DNA from: Macrostomum lignano
Taxonomy: Eukaryota
Length of the DNA stretch: 64,000 nucleotides
Assembly (NCBI GenBank): GCA_002269645.1
Contig: NIVC01001361.1
Span: 1-64,000 of the forward strand
Direction of reading: 5' to 3'
The notes below the pieces were generated by a model. The model was not told the origin of the DNA. It did no database searches and saw nothing but the letters and a program-made list of their open reading frames with translations. Positions 55,744 to 64,000 of this stretch are shown here, in pieces; within the stretch, counting starts at the first letter, position 1, and each line of letters begins with the position of its first letter. Position numbers and translations under genes: made by a program.

Positions 55744-57316
55744 TCGCGAGGGCATGATTGAAAGGATATGAAATGGAAAATCAACGCAGCAGTCAAGGAC
55801 CACTGTAGAATTAGTGGCAAGGATTGTTAAATTTCCTAAAATTTGTCACATTTCCGATTAACTACTGTATATGTAAGTTGGGCGAACAGTTTTAAAAAGA
55901 TTAATAAAACATGTCGCAGCCACGTACAACTGAAGTAAAAGGATGCGGAACCTCAACTTTTTTAGAAATGAGCTGGAGGCCAAGGTAAAGAACGTATTTT
56001 TGCTGCATGGCTAGTGCAGAAGTATATGCTCTATAGAAATCGCATTTTTCTTGAACAAATTTGTCATGACAAAACCCCATTCAGCGCTCATCAGCTCATT
56101 TCCAAGAAAATCGAGTTTAGCGTTCTTCTACTTCAGTTGCCCATAGTTAGTAGCGTCCTCGTACTACTTTTAGTAGGCTTTCATTTGATTGATTCCAGAT
56201 CAAATACGTTATAACCTATCTCTTCGATCATAAATGCATCGCTACTCAGTGTTTGATGCAGTAAGTTTAGTTTGCCAGGCAAATTTACAATATCACCTGT
56301 TCTGCTTTTAGAACCTTGCTATAAAAGTGTGTATAAACTGCTACTAACAGCTTTGATTTAGCACTGGCCACTGTATTACCTTGGATACCCAGAATGCTTT
56401 TACCCGTATAAGAATTGATTCAAGAATAACATATTCAATATTTAAAAAATCTAATTTTTCTGTGCAAATCGAAACTACTAATAGTAGTGAAGTTTTATAT
56501 TGAAATTTTTTGCGTGCCCTAGTAATTAATTAATATTCAATTATTATGTACGTTTTTTATTCGTAAAGCCAAAACTTTTCTCTTACGACTTTTCACACTC
56601 CAGTTTCTTCTAAAAGCTGGAAAGTATAACTATTAATTAATGAGAAATACATTGACACTTATCCAACTATGCATAACGGAGGTAATATTAATCATTTTTA
56701 AACGCCTCATTTTATTTTTAATTCACTCAGACAAGCCAGCACTCAATCTACGCAATCCCAGATGTCTCAGCATTTAATCTACATGTAAGTACCCCAGGAC
56801 ATGCTCGCACTAAACACTTCTGAAGGCGCAGTATTTCTTCCTCCACTCCGCCAGGTGGCTCCTGGATCTGCACTCCGCGGGCCATAAAAGCAATGAAATC
56901 TTAATTCCACTAATTAAGTTGGTATGCAAAGGTGCAACACGATTAAAAGCAGCAAATTATGGGATGCAAATTGCATCTAATTGCCTATTTTATTTCACTA
57001 ACCGAACTGGTAAACTGTTTAGTTGGTTACAACTCAAAAATTTGAGGTGATGATTTGTGTGAACTAATTAAAACTGCTAAGTGCCGGTTGGCATACAGAC
57101 AATAAGCATGCACAGTCAATAAGTATTAAAATGTTGAATTAAAAAAGATACAATAAACTGCAAAAGCAAAGCACCTTGGATTTGGAAACACGCACGATTA
57201 GAAAACTATAGACAATTATTAATGAATACAAAAATATGATTTACACAGCTAGGCTATGCATATATATAAAATATGTCCAATGCAATACCTGGATAGTGAG
57301 CTGATCGAAAACGCAT

Positions 57317-60300
57317 TCATTCATCAGACTGCTGGCTCCGCTGCCGGAGCCGCTTGCTCAGTGCAAAATCTGGCGACTTGGCCACAGTGAGCGGCTTCTC
57401 ACTGCGGTGGATCCTCATTGGCTTGTAGTGTCTGATTGGCTGCGCCTTGGGCACAGAGGCTGCTCGCAGCTGCTGGATCTGCTGCTGCTCTCGCCTGCAC
57501 AGGCTGTCCTTGCGCTGCTGCCTGAGCTGTTCGTGATGCCGCTCTCGCTGGATGCGCAGAGTCTCCCATTTTGAGCGTTGCTGGCAGCGGCTCTCGGTTG
57601 CTAGGCGAGGCCCACCAGCAGCCGACTCGCTGTTTTCATAATCTACAGACAAGCAAATTGCACAGTTGGGTCTTTAAATATTCACTTTAATACACGATAC
57701 TGGCCACAGATACGAGAATAACCAGATGGGCCACTCAGCACATTTGCGTGCAAGCTACTTTCAGTTCAGTAGTAAGTTAAACTAAAGCATTTTAATGTAT
57801 TTTTAAAGCCAAGGCTCATTTATTTGCTCTTACCCTTAAACCCTCCAATCGCGCCTTTCCACACTACCCCCGCCCCGCCCCATTTTTATTGCCTTCCTCG
57901 AACTCCAGTATAAAGCTACCATGTACATTTCAGTGGACTGGCCAATGTACATTATTGCTGAACCAATTAGCAAGACTGTTTACGCCTGCAATCTTGGGCT
58001 TCTAAACTTATCAAAGTCGTTTCAGCTGGCTTTATTTTTATAAAATAGCTTATGTATTCTTCTTTGCTACTGAACTGAAAGTAGAAAGCTGTTTTACTAA
58101 GCATTTGTGCCTGAGTGGCCCATCTAGTCATTTTACGAGCTAGTATCTGTGACACTGCCAATTCCAACCAAGATGCCAAATTGGTAAACCAGTTTCTTGC
58201 AGAACCCAATGAAATTTAGTTAAGTTCTATAACTAATATTTTATAACTCAGCTTTTAAAATTATTAGTGTTAAAATGCTTAGATTGCAAGGTTATTAATA
58301 TTTTATAGTTTGTAAAAGAGTTAATAGATAATCAGATATACTAAAAATCAAAACTAGATCTAGAAAAAGTTTTTATCTGCTTGCAGACTAACAAGCTGCA
58401 GACAAAATAATAACACATTAGAACTGCCATATAAATGAGCACTTAGGTGGAGTCATGAATAGCAATGGTTAAATTTGCATAGAAATGTCTAGTTATACTC
58501 AATGCTAGAAGCACATGTTATTTAATATCTAGCTCTATTTCCTTTAACTGTGCTTAACCCAAAGCCATGCATTTTTTCTCTAATGAAATATGTCTAGACC
58601 AAATGCCAAACCATAGTCTTTCTTAAAGATGTGTCATGCATTGTCCTATCCTTAATTCCTTCCTTCATATATGAGTCAAGCCTATAACCATTAATACTTA
58701 ACTCTAAATGCAAACTATTTAGTCCTTAATTCCCTAATTCCTATTTAGCTCAAATTCCTTTCCTTAATTTATGAGCCACTTTAAAATTTTCAATTCCAAT
58801 TTAAACCAAATATTTGGTTGATTGAATTTGATTCTAAATATTCCAAACAATTGCCATATCCCTAATGTATACTAATAGTTAGACCCATAGATACTAAAAT
58901 AACTAGATGGGCCACTTAGGCTTACTTCTACTTTCAGTTCAATAGCAAAGAATATGCTCGTACATAAGCTATTTTATAAAAAAGCCAGCTGAAACGACCT
59001 TGATAAGTTTAGAAGCCCAAGTTTGCAGGCGTAAACAACTTGCTAATTGGTTCAGCAATAATGTACATTAGCCAGTCCACTGAAATGTACATGGCAGCTT
59101 TAGGCTGGAATTCTAAGAAAGGCAATAAAAATTGGGGTGGGGTAAGGGATAATTTGGAAAGGCACAGTTTGAGGGTTTAAGCTTAGGGGTAAGAGCTAAT
59201 GAATAAGCCTTGGTTTTAAAAATACATTAAAATGCTTCTGTTTAACTTGCAACTAAACTGATTATAGTTTGTACACAAATGTGCTAAGTGACTAATCTAG
59301 TTATTCTAGAATCTATAATTTAACCATATGCCTTATAGCTGGGTAAAGAACTTTTGCATTTAAAAACATGATAAAAATTGATAAAAGCCAAAAACATTAA
59401 CTATTAACTAATGGTAATAGATATATAGTCCTTTAATCTTCTTAAGACTAAAATGTGCCTTTGGTTTTGGCCTTGTGACTTGATAAATATTAAAACTTCT
59501 TCTATAAGGTAGCATGATTATTTCACTTAGTATTCAAGTTGAATTCCTGCAAAAATGCTAACTTGTTTTAATGCTTAAATAAAAATATTTATTTTTTGTT
59601 ATAAATGTATATGAAAATTTGGCCATCTTGAACTTTAGGTAAATAAAATACTACCAATTTTCCAATTTTCTGAAACTTTGCCAGAGTCTTAGAGGTTGTC
59701 CAAAATGATAATAAAGCAAAAAACTGCAAAACATTACCCTCAGAGGTAACAGGAGCTTGATTTGTTAATCTCCTATGTAACAAATGGTAATTTGATCCAA
59801 GCAGTGATTCTCTTATTATTGATTACTACTAGCCATACATTCTTTTGTTCAGTGCTGGGCAAGTTAATCAATTTTTTTAACTCGTTAAAAGTTAAAAAGT
59901 TAATTTAATTGCTCCAAAAAAATTAACTGTAACTAGTTAATTATTTAACTTTTGCCCAAAATTTAACTTCTGAAAAGTTAAAAGTTAAAGTTAATAATTC
60001 CCTAGTAGTCCTTGGGTAGAATATCAATAGATAATAGTTGAAGATTCCAGAATCTTCCGGAATATTCTATACATTATAACTTGTAACTGAAATATATACA
60101 TGTAATAGTTTGTGACGCATTAAATAATGCTTAGAAAGATGTATTAATTTTACTTTTTAATGGCATACAAGCTGTTGAAACCCGCGGATTTTGAACCCGG
60201 GGAACTCCATTTCCCGGAATTATTAACTTTTGTCATTTAACTTTAACTTACAGAAAAAAATTAACGATTTTTGTTAACTAGTTAATACATAAAAAATTTA

Positions 60301-63300
60301 ACGAAAATTTAACGATTTTTAAAAAAAATTAACTAGTTAATTAACTAGTTAAACAATTAACTAGTTAACGCCCAGCACTGCTTTTGTTTACCTATACTAA
60401 TTTCTACTAATCTGCATTGTCTCCATTTCAAAGGAAACTATAGCTGCTAATATCAATTGGTTTTGATAGGATTATAATTTTTTCTCCATGGTTGTGTTTT
60501 TGATAACTTGTTGCATTTTTAAGCTTCATTTCAATTTCCCCCCCCCCTAGGACCCCCCTCAGTCTCCAAATTTATCTACCTAATCTTCAATAGACTTCCA
60601 TGCCTCTACTGAAGTACATAAAATCAATCCCCATGAAGATTCTCCCCACCCTAAACCCCCCCCCCATTCCTTATATCCTGATGGTTGGCTTTAAGCTACA
60701 AAAAAAGGATGCTCAAATTTGAATTCAGCACCATCAAAAACCCCTATAAAGACAATATTATGATCCTATTAAAACTGCAACTATTTTATCTACCTAAAGT
60801 TCAAGAAGGCCGAAAATTTGCCTATAAAAGGAAGTGAGTTTTGCCTTGAAATAAACAACTGTCTCGCACTCTTGCACAGTTTGACTACTTGAAACAATCA
60901 GTTTGATATTACAACTTAGACATTTAAAAGAGAATTTAGAACAACTTATTCATTTGGGATTCTAAGAAAGGTTCAAAAGAGGTTGCAAAGGAGATACTTA
61001 GTGATCTACTGTGCAAAGCAATACTTAAAAATAGCGCCATGAAAAGTAGGCTACTCAATTGGATATATATATACAGTGTTGGGCACTTCCGTTACCGAGT
61101 AACTTGCAAATGGTAACGCAAGTTACTTTTTCGTAAAGCGTTCCTTACACAAGTTACTTTTTTATTTTAGTAACGGAGTAACAGTAAGTTACTCAAATTT
61201 CAGAAGTCCATTACAGTTACTTTGCAACAATCGCAATATTTAAATTTAAAACTGAAATGCTTAGCTATTTCGCCAGTTGTCACATGTTATTGCATTTTTC
61301 ATTCCTAAATTCAAAATTAAGTGAATAGTATCATATGGTATTGCGCTTAATTAATGAAGAAATACTTGAAACATGTTTTACTTTGTTAATTTCGGTAAAA
61401 TATTTTCACCTTTCATTTTCGTTACTAAAAATTTTCAAGTTTGATTCAAACAAACAACCAAAGAAAGAAATTCATCTGTAGCCTCCACAAGTCCCTCCAC
61501 TGGCACTGCAGTACACTACACCATTTTATACAGTTCTATTTATTTTACTCTATTGAATTATTGATATTCGTTAATTTTATCATTTATAATTTTAATTATT
61601 GATTGCCATTGCCCATTGGTCCTTCTACTTGCCTCACATCGTGTCGCCAATTCCTGTCTCTGTCTGTTAATTGGTTAATCCCAATGCCCAATGGCAAATT
61701 TCGGTAACAACAATGTGAAAAAATGTGCAATGTGAAAAAGCAGAAAATTTTGTTAATAACATGGGTAACAGAAGTGAGTAACGGACAGTAACTTAAAAGT
61801 TACCAGGTTTTTGTCTAAAGTTACTAGGCTAACGTAAGTTACTTTTTTAAAATTGGTAACGTAAGTTACAGTAATGCAAGTTTACTTTTTTTGAGTAACT
61901 TGCCCAACACTGTATATACTAGTACTAGACTGCTCTGGCCAAAGCACTACTATACATAGACACTACTAGAATTAGACATTAGATGCTACTAGAATTATAC
62001 ATAGAATGCTACATAGAAATGTAGACCTATTAAATCAATCAATTCTAAAAAATAATTAGACACATTAATAGGGGAACTAGTTACTTCAGTGACAGTCAGT
62101 TTGGTGACAGTCACTTTGGTGACAACCATTTTGGTAATAGGTTACTTTGGTGACAAACGTATGTGTCGAGCCAATGCAAATGGTTCAATAGGACATTTTT
62201 GTAAAAAAACCTTTTGGTCAATAATTTAAACTCGATTTTGAATTTAAGTTAATAGCTGTCTTAGAAATGACTATATTTCAATGTCCTGCTAAGTGAAGAT
62301 ACAAAATATATGTAAGGTAGGCCTACAATATAATTTTTTGTTTAAGCAAAGGGTTTCTAAGAAATAAACATAAAAAATTTGCTCTAGGGCCTAAGAAATG
62401 AATCTAACTCTTAATTAATATATCTTATAATTTTACCTTTACATCTATGCTTTGCTGATGTGCATGGACAAAGTATTTTATATATTTATTTTGTAAGCTT
62501 TTGACAAGTTACATTTTCAACAAAATAATATAGCATGTTTCTGAGAAGCTGCACTTTGCTTTGAAAAGAAATCTTAAAAATTATAATATACATTCTTTTT
62601 CTTAGAAACACTTCACTTTAAACAAGCAGTATACTTCCTTTTCAAAACTGACCTATTTAAGCAAGGCATTAAATTACGAGTGACTAATCTAGAGTATTTA
62701 TTTCAGTTTAGATGTGAAATTATGCACACATTATTTTGTCACCAAAGTAACCTGTCACCGAAATGGATATCACCGAAGTGACTGTCACCGAACTGACTAT
62801 CACTGAAGTAGGCCCTAATTGTAATTCATTAATAATAGGACAACTTTAGTAGCACATATCAGTAGGATTTTAAAAAAAGGAGAGCCAAAAAGCCTAGTAG
62901 GCCTACAACTTGATGCCAGCAGCCAGGATTTTAATAGAGAGAAGTTAACCCCTAGTACATTTTTATTATATTTTGATTTTTATGCATTATTATCTCTAAA
63001 GTCAGCCATGCACTTTTTAAAAAATTAAACAACTTATTAATTAAAATTAAATATTTTTTTAAAAATAAAATAAAATAAATCAATCAGTCCGTTTAAATAT
63101 CAAGCAGGCAGCAGTAGCTGCATCTTTATTTTGTTACAATTGATATATTTGGAAAATTTGCCAAAATGGCCTAATATTGTTGCTGAAGTGACTATTGCCA
63201 AAATGTTTTGTCACCAAAGTGTCCATCACCAAATTGTCTTGTTGCTAAAGTAACTGGTAGTCTATGTGATGACCATAATAAGTATAAATATAGGCAACAT

Positions 63301-63627
63301 GGAATGTTCTAAGGGCAAGGCTATGTATTGTATGCTAAACTCACCAGATTGAGAAACAGAAGCAGCTGTCTTAGCAGAAGTAACAGCTGTATCCTCTTCA
63401 ATAACAGATAGTTTGTCAGTTAGAAAATCATTAGATGTACATGGCTCACTGCATGTTAGGCCTAAACTAATTTTACTATCTGCTCCAGACTCAGACTGCT
63501 GTCGAAAGAACCATGAATCATCAACTTTAGCCTCCTCAATGCAATCAAGCTTTTGCGGACAGTCTATGCTATCAAACATATTGCTTTCAAACAAATTAGG
63601 TCTACACGTCTCTGGTTTAAAATCCAT
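57317..63627 (-). CDS. TPX2: TPX2-like microtubule/Aurora-A regulator, two exons visible
   Basis: Exon 63627-63345 (AG|ATG; FDSIDCPQKLDCIEEAKVDDSWFF resembles the Aurora-A-binding D.P..F...DSWF motif; ends G|GTGAGT, phase 1) and exon 57642-57317 (TAG|AT, phase 1; QQLRAASVPKAQPIRHYKPMRIHRSEKPLTVAKSPDF matches the TPX2 C-terminal LR...VHKANPIR.Y......SD.PLTVP.SP.F motif). Confidence 0.8.
57705..58151. mobile_element. MITE family A copy 3 (inverted)
   Basis: TIRs CACAGATACGAGAATAACCAGATGGGCCACTCAG / CTGAGTGGCCCATCTAG...GTATCTGTG; TSD-like flanks ATACTGGC / ACACTGCC. Confidence 0.85.
58886..59317. mobile_element. MITE family A copy 4 (same orientation as copy 1, many C>T/G>A changes)
   Basis: Colinear with 492-924 along its whole length. 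Confidence 0.85.
59850..60380. mobile_element. hAT-type MITE, TIR CAGTGCTGGGC, perfect 8-bp TSD
   Basis: CTTTTGTT|CAGTGCTGGGC ... GCCCAGCACTG|CTTTTGTT; many subterminal GTTAA(C) motifs. Confidence 0.92.
61074..61912. mobile_element. hAT-type MITE, TIR CAGTGTTGGGCA
   Basis: TATATATA|CAGTGTTGGGCA ... TGCCCAACACTG|TATATACT; subterminal GTAAC/GTTAC repeats. Confidence 0.88.
62082..62810. mobile_element. Non-autonomous element with 76-bp internally repetitive TIRs
   Basis: 62082-62157 and 62735-62810 are reverse complements with 8 mismatches, built from GGTGACAGTCA-like subunits; a further arm fragment at ~63200-63250. Confidence 0.8.
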
Positions 63628-64000
63628 CTGATAAATCTACTCACTAGGCCTAAATAAACTTAGCAAGAGGTCGTCACAAGTTTTATAATAGATGCCTATA
63701 GACTATAGTATAGAGCCGAGTGATGATTAGATCTAACAGAGTTCTTTATTTAGTTTCGATCTGACACTGGATTCGATTTAACTAGTTAAGATTGGTAAGA
63801 TCGTAAGATCAGTGTAACTCGATCCCCGCTGGGATTCTGGGAAAAAGATCACAAGCATCCAACATCCAACGTGAGCCGCGAATTTAAATTTGCTGAAAAG
63901 CGAGTTCCTAGAAAGCTCAGAGAATGCTATTCACGAGTAAAATAAACACATACGCTCATAGTCGGATCTAAATGGTTGGAATTGTTTACCAAAAGAGTTT

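Overview
Eukaryotic (animal) genomic DNA with spliceosomal introns, not a prokaryotic or phage window. The GC-rich poly-Ala/Gln exons, 50-100 nt introns and introns swollen by minisatellites suggest a flatworm such as Macrostomum (inference only). Genes supported by hand-spliced, phase-consistent exon chains: a TRPA1-like ankyrin channel (-, runs off the left edge), a small orphan protein (+), ZFR (3 zinc fingers + DZF, -), an intronless protein resembling only the N-terminal intermembrane part of m-AAA proteases (-), class I eIF4E (-), an IQ-motif protein (+), a single-pass membrane orphan (+) and an apparently miniaturised TPX2 (-). By a rough hand sum, about 14-15 kb (~22%) is tandem repeat in about 17 arrays, each with its own unit. 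Mobile DNA: a 5'-truncated RT+RNase H LINE with a 14-bp TSD inside a minisatellite, two tRNA-derived SINEs, a decayed mariner, and several MITE families, some with 8-bp hAT-type TSDs. The most unusual signal is that differences between repeat copies and between TIR arms are dominated by C>T at CpA (CA>TA, TG>TA) as well as CpG, a RIP-like or non-CpG-methylation-like spectrum that needs a formal test. Most long ORFs in the supplied track are repeat artefacts.
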